64,000 nt of DNA. Origin: Macrostomum lignano. Its lineage: Eukaryota. The stretch spans positions 62,001-126,000 of the forward strand of contig NIVC01002162.1 in the NCBI GenBank assembly GCA_002269645.1. Reading direction: 5' to 3'. This document shows, in pieces, positions 11,991 through 23,700 of this stretch. The position numbers were made by a program, and so were the translations under genes. Each line of letters begins with the position of its first letter. Position 1 is the stretch's first letter. Under the pieces are notes generated by a model, which made no database searches, was not told the origin of the DNA, and worked only from the letters and a program-made list of their open reading frames with translations.

Positions 11991-12490
11991 AGGGGTCGCC
12001 ATCACAAGCTTGAAAAGTCACATCGTCGAAAAGTTTAGCAACCACCATCACAAGCTCGAAAAGTTACATCGTCGAAAAGTTTAGCAACCACCATCACAAG
12101 CTCGAAAAGTCACATCGTCGAAAAGTTTAGCATCCACCATCACAAGCTTGAAAAGTCACATCGTCGAAAAGTTTAGCAACCACCATCACAAGCTCGAAAA
12201 GTCACATCGTCGAAAAGTTTAGCAACCACCATCACAAGCTGGAAAAGTCACATCGTCGAAAAGTTTAGCAACCACCATCACAAGCTCGAAAAGTCACATC
12301 GTCGAAAAGCATCCATCATCATAAGCTCAGGCTCAGGCACGGGCTCTAACCCTAACCCTTTTCGAGCTTGTGATGGCGGCTGCTAAGTCCGTTTTCGACG
12401 ATGTGACTTATCGAGCTTATGACTTTTCGAGATTGTGATGATGGATACTTTTCGACGATGTGATTTTTCAAGTTTGTGATATGACTCCCG
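11991..12490. mobile_element. Foldback/MITE-like element: ~7 tandem 46-bp units, CTAACCCTAACCC core, then inverted degenerate units
   Basis: Left arm units CATCACAAGCTCGAAAAGTCACATCGTCGAAAAGTTTAGCAACCAC. The right arm 12357-12490 is their reverse complement (TTTTCGAGCTTGTGATG, TTTTCGACGATGTGA). Ends GGGGTCGCCATCACAAGCTTGAAAA and, on the other strand, GGGAGTCATATCACAAACTTGAAAA. Confidence 0.7.
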
Positions 12491-12686
12491 TGTGGATTGT
12501 TAGCTGTTTGAGATTTTTGTTTGGATAACGGGTTATTTAGGGATTAAAAAAATTAGATTCTTCTTCAATTCGTCTTTTGCTATCTTGGCTGTTTAAGCCT
12601 TGCCAATCCAATCACAGCAAAGTCACACACATAGAGCAAAATAAGGCAAACAATAAAATCATGATTAAAAATTCTGAATAAATTCT

Positions 12687-14487
12687 CTACACGGCTTCAT
12701 ACCCAGCAGAAGAGCGACCAATGCCACCCCCATAGCAACCAAGTTTGCCAATGGTAAACAGGAAGCCATCTCTCACATATCCGGGCAATACGATCCAGAA
12801 GTTTTTGTTCGGCATCAGCTCGGAGCCCTCCTTGCCCAATATGAACTTGTTGGCCATCAGGCCTAGGCTCAGGTACAGCACTAAACCGCACAGGAATATG
12901 ATGCACAGAATGTCTCCCGTGCTGATGCCCTCTCCTCCGTCACCGCCGCCTCCACCTCCGCCGCCGCCTACGCAGGCGTGCTTGCTTCTCAGGTGCATGA
13001 AGATGTCGTACACTCCGCCTTCGGCTGAGAATTCCGCCCTGAATGAATTTGGGAAATGAAAAAACAATTGCAAAAGTTGTCATGGGAGCTGGTCCTGAGG
13101 GGCGGCTTACTGATGCACGCTCGTATTTTAGCCAGTAATCAACAAATCAATTACTTGGTGTTGCAACATCGACAACACGACGCTTCAAAAACAGGTTTGA
13201 CAATACTCTACTCAGTGGTAACAATAATAATTATAATAAAAATAATAATTTATTACACCCCCCCTGATGGCCAGGTGTGCAACAACCGACAGCTCAGCCG
13301 CAGCTATTGTGCGGCGCATCTGAAGGCTGCGTACGGCTGTTCAGTCCAAGGACTGGGGGGGGGGGTCGTCACAAGCACCCTCAATTACCCCAGCTAATGC
13401 TGGCACCCAGTTTACAGCTGGGTGAACTGAAGCAATGCAGAGTTAAGTCTCTTGCTCAAGGACACAAATTGTTCCAGTGGGATCGGGAATCGAACCCCCG
13501 ACCTTCAAGTCGTGAATCCGAGGCTCTAACCACTAGGCTACAGCCCCTTGTAAACAGGTGTTGAGGATTCCTTTCGTTGTAATTATAATTGCTTTGTAAA
13601 TTTATAAGTGAATGCTTTGCTTAAATAGTTAGTAATCATTTTTGCCTAAAATATAGGTTACTGACAGTAGTCACTACTCGGTTTATTGTATCACCTCTCA
13701 GCGTCTGGATCGCACGCCAATATTACGGAGGAGGTGTACAGCAGGCCTGCCCGATTGTCAGTGTACACCAGCTGCAGGCCGCGGGCTGGGTTGGTGACAA
13801 ACTTCGCGCTGCTGGCAGTGCCGACTGGTAGGGTCTGTGGGGTGTTTATGAGAAAGGCTTCTAGATTTACATGTAGATTTTGATGATTTAAGAGACAGTA
13901 AAAACGGCAGTAGAAAAGCTGTAGAACCAGGGGCTTTGGCACCAGGGGCTTTAGCACCAGGGGCTTTAGCAGCAGGGGCTTTAGCACCAGGGGCTTTAGC
14001 ATCAGGGGCTTTAGCACCAGAGGCTTTAGCACCAGGGGCTTTAGCACCAGGGGCTTTAGCAGCAGGGGCTTTAGCACCAGGGGCGCCAGCACCAGTTCGC
14101 CAGCACAATTGGTGTTAGCATATACCATTGCCTACCGAATGGGGTTCCTTGTCCTCCCTTGTCTACGCCCCAGCCCGAGTACCCCCCCCCCCCAGCCGAA
14201 CTCACGCTCGAGCCGTAGAACTCGCACACGGCCGTGTCAAACTGGTTGCCGCACAGCTGGCCAACGCACGGGCTCCACCGGAACGTATCCTGGCCACCGC
14301 TGGCGCTGGCGCTGAACGGATAGCCAGACGGCGAGGACAACGGCGACAGGTCGATAACGCCGCCATCGGCTGTTTCGCAAGAGCAGGACGACAGCTGGCG
14401 AGCGCACGTGATGACGGAGCATTGCACTGTCGCAGTCATCAAAGCGACTGTCAATGCCGACAACAGCAGCATGTTAGTTTCGGTCAC
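12687..14487 (-). CDS. Cation-dependent mannose-6-phosphate receptor / ATG27-family type I membrane protein, 257 aa
   Basis: 3 exons: 14487..14206, 13834..13695, 13038..12687 (phases 0, 2; 774 nt). Signal peptide, Cys-rich MRH-like ectodomain (CSCETADGGVIDLSPL, WSPC), Gly linker, TM helix, family tail PNKNFWIVLPGYVRDG, terminal YEAV (YxxPhi-like sorting motif). Confidence 0.85.
13258..13547 (-). mobile_element. tRNA-derived SINE in intron 2 of the M6PR-like gene
   Basis: Minus strand starts GGGGCTGTAGCCTAGTGGTTAGAGC (A box) ... GGTTCGATTCCCG (B box), followed by TGTGTCCTTGAGCAAGAGACTTAAC...CCAGCTGTAAACTGGG (resembles CORE/V-SINE-type central domains) and an AT-rich (TTA)n tail. Confidence 0.8.
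13927..14094. repeat. Second array of the same 15-bp minisatellite, ~11 copies, in intron 1 of the M6PR-like gene
   Basis: Unit CAGGGGCTTTAGCAC, same orientation as 11141-11493. Confidence 0.93.
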
Positions 14488-14929
14488 AGACCTGCAGCAC
14501 AGCTGTCAGCCTGTTTGAGTTTAAAGCTTTATCTGTTGGGTGAGAGTACCCTTAAAGCAGTTTTGCACATTGTACATGCCCGTTTTTTGGCTTATCTGGA
14601 TAAGTTTCACATTCTTAGAACGCGGCTCTCACTCATTTGCTATGTGCACGGGCTGGTAATATTTTAGCACCTAGCTAATGTATGATCTCTGTAGGACTAA
14701 AGAAATTTCTGAGACACCCATGTCTTAGGGCTATCTGAAGTGTAGCATCCACCTCATCTACAGCATCCACTGTCATCTACCAATGCACTCCACTCACCCA
14801 AGATGGGGGACAACTGCCATGGCGTGTGATTGGCGTGTGTGAGTGCGTGCCTTCGTACATGACTGGGTTTGCGATGATGTCACCGAAGGCGTTGCGACAA
14901 GCAGTCTACAATTATTATTAGTCATCGAA

Positions 14930-16048
14930 AACATCCCCTCATCTATTGCATCCCCTCATCTACTGCATCCCCTCATCTACTGCATCCCCTCATCTACTGT
15001 ATCCCCTCATCTACTGCATCCCCTCATCTACTGCATCCCCTCATCTACTGCATCCCCTCATCTACTGCATCCCCTCATCTACTGCATCCCCTCATCTATT
15101 GCATCCCCTCATCTACTGCATCCCCTCATCTACTGCATCCCCTCATCTACAGCATCCCCTCATCTACAGCATCCCTCCCCTCATCTACAGCATCCCCTCA
15201 TCTACTGCATCCCCTCATCTACAGCATCCCCTCATCTACAACATCCCCTCATCTACTGCATCCCCTCATCTACAGCATCCCCTCATCTATTGCATCCCCT
15301 CATCTACAGCATCCCTCCCCTCATCTACAGCATCCCCTCATCTACAGCATCCCCTCATCTACAGCATCCCCTCATCTACAGCATCCTCTCATCTACAGCA
15401 TTCCCTCCTCTACTGCATCCCCTCATCTACTGCATCCCCTTATCTACAGCATCCCCTCATTTACAACATCCCCTCATCTAAAGCATCCCTCGCCTCATCT
15501 ACAGCATCCCCTCATCTACTGCATCCCCTCATCTACTGCATCCCCTCATCTACAACATCCCCTCATCTACAGCATCCCTCCCCTCATCTACAGCATCCCC
15601 TCATCTACTGCATCCCCTCATCTACTGCATCCCCTCATCTACAGCATCCCCTCATCTACAGCATCCTCTCATCTACAGCATTCCCTCCTCTACTGCATCC
15701 CCTCATCTACTGCATCCCCTTATCTACAGCATCCCCTCATCTACAACATCCCCTCATCTACAGCATCCCCTCATCTATTGCATCCCCTCATCTACTGCAT
15801 CCCCTCATCTACAGCATCCCCTCATCTACAGCATCCTCTCATCTACAGCATTCCCTCCTCTACTGCATCCCCTCATCTACTGCATCCCCTTATCTACAGC
15901 ATCCCCTCATCTACAACATCCCCTCATCTACAACATCCCCTCATCTATTGCATCCCCTCATCTACTGCATCCCCTCATCTACTGCATCCCCTCATCTACA
16001 GCATCTCCTCATCTACTGCATCCCCTCATCTACAGACTACAGCATCCC
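14930..16048. repeat. 17-bp minisatellite (CATCCCCTCATCTAC[T/A]G), ~65 copies
   Basis: Tandem units with internal higher-order duplication; source of the spurious HPLIYCIPSSTASP ORFs. Confidence 0.95.
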
Positions 16049-16756
16049 TCATGCCATGTACAAAATCTGTAAAGAAGCATATGCTGTAAAGGTGTAAAAA
16101 TATTGTTAAATAGAAATATAGTCTTTGAAAACCTCAGCAAGTTAACTTTTCTTGTTCCATATATTTTGAGAAAAATCGTATAAAAACGTCTCCTTGTAAT
16201 AGCAAAATCGAAAATATTTTGACATTTTTTAGTAAACGCCATTTGATTTCCAACAAGCTATAGACGGTCTCATGTTTAAACATGTCAATAGCATACTGAT
16301 ATATCGTTACTCCACACGTTTATAAATAGTAGTTTTCTATTTGAAATCAGCATCAAATAGGCAAAATTAATATTAAGCACATTGAAACGAAAAATATTCA
16401 ATAAAAGAGAGCGAAAACACCTTTCCAATTGGATACTGAACTGCTACTAACTCAGTTACTGGCTACTAACAGTAGGCAGTAGTAGCTGTCGAGTGGAAAA
16501 TGTCCACGTGCGAGTGATCACTTATTTATTCTTCATTAATTTTTATTTTAGTCAGGATTCGAACCTGAGTCCGACCGACTACCAGACCGCACTTGTCAAC
16601 CTCTGTGCTAAGCGACGCGCCCCAAATTTTGCTGCACTGATTGATATAAATAAACATGAGGCATTTTCGACGGTCGGAAAAATTAACAGTGGAATTTTTG
16701 TCAGTCAATTTGTGTTCAAGGTGGGGCTAACGGGGGGAAAGCAGGAAGGCCAGTTG

Positions 16757-19228
16757 CTAGGGCGGTGCAGACACTAAACCGGCTGGCCCGTGCCCAGCTG
16801 CTGACCGCCAACTGTCGACTCCAAGGGTTTGAAGCCGAGCTCCTCAACTGGGATGCCGTATTGTCGCAGCTTCGCCTCGTAGGTCTTCAATAAATCGTTG
16901 TGCGCTTTGCAAACTCGAGCTAATTCGTACTGCAGATCTTTGATCGCACTGTTCTTTGAGTCCAAAACATCCTGAAAAAGAGACACCAAATATTGCTTAT
17001 ACTTTAGAAAGTCGTATGAACTCGTTATTGTAATTCGAATGTAAAAACATTAGTCCACTCACCTCCAATTTCCTCGTGACTACAGTGAGCGCAGTTGGAT
17101 CCAGATTCGACGCTGACAGCACCTCATTGAGCTGGGCGTCTTTCTTCTCCAACGTGTCGGCCAGAGTGCCCAGCTTCCGCTCCAGGAGAATATTCTTCAA
17201 GCCGCTCTTCTGCTGCACCTCGTGAATGGCTTTCTCGAACTTCCGATAAAGTTCGTCGCGTTCTTCTTGCAGCTAAAAATAAGACTCAAAATTATATACC
17301 TCATAAGTGCGCTAGTACAAAGAGAAAAGCAGCATTTATAACAGCGCCTTTACCTTTTCAAACCTCTGATCCAGCACCTCGTGTTCCCATTCTAGCTTCT
17401 TTCTTTCAGCTTCCATCATCTTGATTCGCGCTTTGGCATTCTTCAAGCTCTGCTTGTCCTTCTCGTAATTTGCCAATGTTCGCTTGAGCTCGGCGTTCTC
17501 ATCCTGCGCCTGGCGCAACGGCTCGCTCAGCCTCCGATTCTCCGCCATCACCTCGGCCATCTGCTTCTCCAAGCGATCTTCTTTGGCCTTCATCTCGTCG
17601 ATTTTCTCCTTCAAAGTGTTGATCAAAGCCAAGTTGTTTAGCGTGATGTCGTTATAGTAGTTCTTAATATCGCTGAACGCTTTCTCGTGATTCTTCATCA
17701 GCGTGTTGATCTGATCGTTCTTGCGCTCCTCGACCTCGTGGATTTCCGTCTTGCGTCGCAGGTCCATCTCGTCGCGCAGCTGGCGCATCTTCTTCTCGTA
17801 CTTCTGCTCGATCTCCTGCGCCTGGCGCTCAAAATCGTTTCGCACCTCAGTCAGGTGGGCCTCGTAGTGACGCTTCAACTCCTTCACGGACTGTTGGTTA
17901 GCCAGCTCGTGCTCCTTCAGGTCCACCTTCAGGCGGCGTTTGTCCTTCTTCAGTTCGGACTCCTCGTCACGGTGCTCATCCTGAGCTAGCTTGAGCTGTA
18001 CAGTGTTCTCAGCCTTCAGCTCAGAAATGTTATTCTGATGCTCGTAGAGCAGATGCTTCACCTTCTGCTTGTAGACTTTGATCTCCAGCTGGTGCCTCTC
18101 TTCGGCGTCTTCCATCTCTCGGTCTTTGTTTCTCAATTCCGCTTTCTTCTCCTCTAGCTGACGCTTGGTAATCTCCCAGAACGTGTTGATCTTGTCCCGT
18201 TCCAGCTGGAAGTAGTTTCGCTCCTCGCGTTCGCGCTGCAGCTCATCGCGGATGCGGTTGACGTGCTCCTCCAGATCCTCCTTGGTCATCTCCGCCGTGG
18301 AGATGCCATCAATGACTGTCGGGGTTTTGGATTTTCCAGACTTCTTGCCCTTTTTGCCGGACTTCTTTCCCTTCTTGCCTTTCTTTCCCTGAAATGAAAA
18401 AATGTGGAAAGGTATAAAAAATGATTTAAGTTTTAAAGCAAAGTTGAAAAAATCTTATTCGTCATTGATTGGAAGCCAAATTATATAAAGATTGTAGAAT
18501 TTTTATTGAAGAGTAGTATTGTATTCTTTCGCATTTTAAAACTATTATTTTGATTTCCATAGCACTTTGCTTTTTATGCATTCAGTGATGAATAAAATAT
18601 TAGCTTTTAAAAGTTTGCTCAGGTCTATATTTTGAAAGAGACAATGGTTGAATGGTGTTTTTTCCTGAGCTTGAGTCTTTGAAGATTTCCTACGTATTTG
18701 CATATAAAATTTATTTTTGTAAATTTTTCCAGAACCAAATTGGAGTAGTTATTTATTAATTAAAGTACGAGCTACTTAGCTGCAAAGATATGCAGTTGAT
18801 TTGTTGTTTCCGCTGAGAACAAAAATTCTCTTACTTATACAGTTTGGACTAGAGTGTTTTAAAATTTGTCACTGGTTAGTGTTGTGATTTTTATGTTTTA
18901 TATCACTATAATTAGTTTGAGTCAGCTTAACAATAGCAGGACGCCACAGAGCATTCAGTGATTATTCAAAAGCGCACATTACTTTAGAAAAATAGTGTCC
19001 AGATTCGACTCGACTAAAAAATCCACCCTAAAGTCGAGCCCATTCACTTTAATAATACTGGAGTGTGTAAACCGTAAACATGGACAAGTGGCACTTGTGA
19101 CTTGTTGGCTTCAAACTTGTTATTTGAATATTTGGCTCAATTTGCTAAGCGCAATTGCTAAGTCGAAAACGTAGTTGATTAAAGATACACCATCGAAAAG
19201 CCAAAAACTACAATACTCAACTTACCAT
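16757..19228 (-). CDS. GAS8: Growth arrest-specific 8 / dynein regulatory complex subunit 4, ~481-486 aa
   Basis: Exons: probable ATG-only 19228..19226 (ATG|GTAAGT), 18388..17354, 17272..17063, 16971..16774 (all phase 0). Translation GKKGKK...[50 protein letters not shown]...LGFKPLE is unmistakably GAS8. The conserved tail [10 protein letters not shown] lies in a shifted frame ending at 16757. Confidence 0.95.
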
Positions 19229-20718
19229 CGTTAGGTATATCCAAAGTCCGAGATGGCTAGGAGGGGACACTAAGGAATTTGAAAAGCAATAAATATGGAA
19301 TTTGAATGAAAAAATAAAATTAAACGTTCACCAGATGTGGTTTGCATAGAAACTAACTTATTGTTATAGGTTAGAAACGAAAAGTACATTTTAAAAACTT
19401 TTTTTGCTTTAAACTGATTCTACACGACTAAATACTCAATAGTTATTAGAAGAGGTTAGCATTAGAGACATTTTGTTAAAAATTTAGAATTTGAAATTTT
19501 CAACGTCCTTCGAAATTTTAAAGCACGTGTGTGAGCCGGATTGTGAACTATAGCTTTGTGATTAATGGTGGTGTTAAATTAATTTTAAGTGTTAAGTTAA
19601 GTTAAGTTAATGGTGGTGTTTGCGCGATAGTATTAACTTATTTTTTACTCTGACTTTTTATTTTCGTGGATTGGAATAGTTGTTTCTAAATCAAGCAAAA
19701 TCATCAGTTCAAAATCTATAGTTGATAGGCCCTACAATGATAGGCCTACGTGTCGTAATGTATTACATAGTCAGGTCACAGCACACAGCTTATCCTTTGC
19801 TTGCTATCAGTTGTCTAAATTTTATCACATGATGGCAAAAGTACTCCATTCATGCTATATATAGCCATATTTTTGCCAGATTACCCAGATAAATCAACTT
19901 CATAATGATTAGGCCTAGACATTTTTTGCTAGATTAGGCCTAGGCTTATTTAGCCATAGGCCTAGGCCAAAGCTGTGTCAGGCCTAACTTGACTTGTTTT
20001 AGGTCTATAGTAGAAAAAAAGACTCCTACATTATCTTTCTAGCATATAGACACTATAAACAAAAAGATTATAAATGTAGGCTAGGATAGAAAGTAACTAT
20101 CTTATTGTTATTGTTTTCAATAGGAGGCAGACTCAATGTTCATCTTTTGATATGTTCCACCTTTTAAGTCTAATATAAGTAAGCTTGTAATTCTATTAAA
20201 TATATTGACTATTGCCCTTTTGACTATCTTGTTACCTTTTTGATCTATTTGAAATTTTGGATAAGAACATTTTTTATGTAAATAAAAATGCAATGTCATT
20301 TTTATGCTAGGCCCATCATTAAAAAAATAAGGATGCACCTAAAATCAGTTTAAATATTGAAAATCAAGTAAAATACCCTAGTTTCTTTACCTTATCCTTT
20401 ATACTATTGAGCCTATGATCTATAAAAGTTAAAAAGTCTAGATGCCATGATAATTTATTGCTAAAATTTTATAATACAATTGATAGGAATCTATGCAATT
20501 CAAAGAATCCCAATAATTCTAAAAGTAAATTGATACTTCAAATGAAATATATATGATAGAAAATATGCAACTTAAACCTAATAGCCATATAATGCAATTC
20601 ATTTAAGATACTATGGTGGGTATTAATATGCAATTTATTGCTTTTAATTAACATTTTTGCTTACTGTATTTCAGATAGTTATTTAAATTATTCAAACCAA
20701 CAATAACAAAGCCAAGTC
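19229..20718. promoter_or_regulatory. Putative divergent (bidirectional) promoter region between GAS8 and RAD50
   Basis: Inferred from head-to-head start codons at 19228 (-) and 20719 (+). A strong acceptor TTTTGCTTACTGTATTTCAG| at ~20674 implies an upstream RAD50 5'UTR exon. Confidence 0.45.
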
Positions 20719-23700
20719 ATGTCACTGATAGAGACCCTGAGCATACAGGGCATTCGCAGCTTTGAGCCAAGCCGGCCCCAAAAACTGGACTTCATCCGCC
20801 CAGTTACCCTGATAGTTGGCACCAATGGAGCTGGCAAGACCACCATTATTGAGTGCTTGAAGTATGCCACCACTGGGGAATTACCGCCAGGTGCTAAAAC
20901 CAATGGATCCTTTGTGCACGATCCCAAACTGACTGGGGAGGCTACTATTAGAGCTAAGGTTTGAATCAACAATATTCTCAATATCTCATGTCTACCTTTC
21001 AATAAACCTCTAATCTCATACCTATCTTTTAAACCTACTTCTTTTCGCATCTCTACTCGTACTTCTAATCTCATATCTCCTACTCTCTTATCTCACCTCT
21101 ACTTCTCCTTTCATATTTACCTTTAAACCTACTTTTCATCTCATTTCTACCTCTCAACAAACCTCTGATCTGATTTCTACCTTTTAACCTATTTTTTTAT
21201 CTTATCTCTGCTTCTCATCTCATATCTATCTTTCACCCTATTTCTCATTTCATATCTAGCTTTTCGCCTCTTGTAACTTTTCACCCTTTTCCCCTCTCAT
21301 CTATATCTTACCTTGAATTTCAATTGGTTTTATCCGCATAACCAACGCTCAGGTCGGTATCAAAATGATTGACGTATTCAAGCAGCCAATGATGGTGACG
21401 CGGAGCCTGGAAGCCACGCAGAAGCAAAACCAACGCAGCGTCACAGTTCGCACAATGGACGCCACTATTAAACGAGTTCTGCCCAATGGTCAAGTTCAAA
21501 GTCTCAATCAGAAATGTACAAGCATTGACTCTGAGCTAGCGATAAGCTTGGGTGTGTCCAAACCTGTGCTGGAGTACGTTATTTTCTGCCATCAGGAGGA
21601 GTCAAACTGGCCGCTAATGGAGGGGAAGCTGGTTAAACAGCGATTCGATGAGATCTTTGCCAGTGCCAGGTGATTGTCTGATTGAATTTGAGTTTGGAGA
21701 TTGGCTAGAGAAGATTAGGGATCTTTATTAGCCAGTGAGAATCTCTATTAATCTCTTCTTAAGAATCTCGACTTTAAAATCTAAACTTTGAAATCTCCCC
21801 GAGAATCTTCTTTCAATAATCTCCCATTAAAATTAAAATTTATCCTTCAGAATGTCACCCTGAGAATCTCTCCTCCTTGAGAATCTCTCCGTGAGAATCT
21901 CTCTTTAAGAGTCTCAACTTGAGAATCTCTCCTCCTTCAGAATCTCTCCTTTAGAGACCCACCTTGAGAATCTATCCTCCTTGAGAATCTATCCTCCTTG
22001 AGAATCTATCCTCCTAGAGAATCTCTCCTTAAGAGTCTCACCTTGAGAATCTCTCCTTGAGAATCTCTTCTTGAGAATCTCTCCTTAAGAATCTCACCTT
22101 GAGAATCTCTCCTCCTTGAGAATCTCTCCTTAAGAGTTTCACCTTGAGCATCTCTCCTCCTTGAGAATCTCTCCTTAAGAGTCTCACCTTGAGAATCTCA
22201 CCTTGAGAATCTCTCATTAAGAGTGTCACGTTGAGAATCTCTCCTTAAGAGTCTCGCCTTGAGAATATCTCCTCCTTAAGAATCTCTTCCTAAGAGTCTC
22301 ACTCTGAGAATCATCATGATACTCGTTTTATTGTATCTCAGCTTCGTAGAAAGCCTGAGAATCGCATATACACACATATTGCCCCTTCTCAGATACGTAA
22401 AAGCGCTAGAAGAAGTCCGCGGCCTGAAGAAGATTTATGATCAGCAGGTGAAATCAACAGACGCCGAATTGGCTCACCTTCGCCAGGTGAAAGAGGAGGC
22501 CGATGCCAAGTCGCGCGATCTAGCGGAAAAAAAAGTTCGTCTGTCTGCCTACGAAGAGGAGAAGCGCAAAGTGACGGAACGCTTGGAGCCTTTAGAAGCA
22601 GCGTTAGCTAAATATGAGGAACAATTGGAGCAGGTTAATCGACTGCAGGTGAGCTCTCTTATAAATATATCAATTTTATGAGCTTTGGTCATGAGAATGC
22701 TGAGGCTGTTAGAGAGGAATGAACGAACGTAGGAAGTTTTACTCAATACTGACTCTTCGAATATGCAGGGTGTCGGTGGATATGGTAGGGTGTTAGTGGA
22801 TATGGTAGGGTGTTAGTGGATATTGTAGGGTGTTAGTGGATATGGTAGGGTGTTAGTGGATATGGTAGGGTGTTAGTGGATATTGTAGGGTGTTAGTGGA
22901 TATGGTAGGGTGTTAGTGGATATTGTAGGGTGTTAGTGGATATGGTAGGGTGTTAGTGGATATTGTAGGGTGTTAGTGGATATTGTAGGGTGTTAGTGGA
23001 TATGGTAGGGTGTTAGTGGATATTGTAGGGTGTTAGTGGATATGGTAGGGTGTTAGTGGATATGGTAGGGTGTTAGTGGATATGGTAGGGTGTTAGTGGA
23101 TATGGTAGGGTATTAGTGGATATTGTAGGGTGTTAGTGGATATGGTAGGGTGTTAGTGGATATGGTAGGGTATTAGTGGATATTGTAGGGTGTTAGTGGA
23201 TATGGTAGGGTGTTAGTGGATATTGTAGGGTGTTAGTGGATATGGTAGGGTGTTAGTGGATATGGTAGGGTGTTAGTGGATATTGTAGGGTGTTAGTGGA
23301 TATGGTAGGGTGTTAGTGGATATGGTAGGGTGTTAGTGGATATGGTAGGGTGTTAGTGGATATGGTAGGGTGTTAGTGGATATGGTAGGGTGTTAGTGGA
23401 TATGGTAGGGTGTTAGTGGATATGGTAGGGTGTTAGTGGATATGGTAGGGTGTTAGTGGATATGATAGGGTGTTAGTGGATATTGTAGGGTGTTAGTGGA
23501 TATGGTAGGGTGTCAGTGGATATGGTAGGGTGTTAGTGGATATGGTAGGGTGTTAGTGGATATGGTAGGGTGTTAGTGGATATTGTAGGGTGTTAGTGGA
23601 TATTGTAGGGTGTTAGTGGATATGGTAGGGTGTTAGTGGATATGGTAGGGTGTTAGTGGATATGGTAGGGTGTCAGTGGATATGGTAGGGTGTTAGTGGA

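Noticed and set aside
19730-19990. Cluster of (T)AGGCCT(A) palindromes
   Set aside because: Short motif without a larger structure; mentioned only as context for the divergent promoter.
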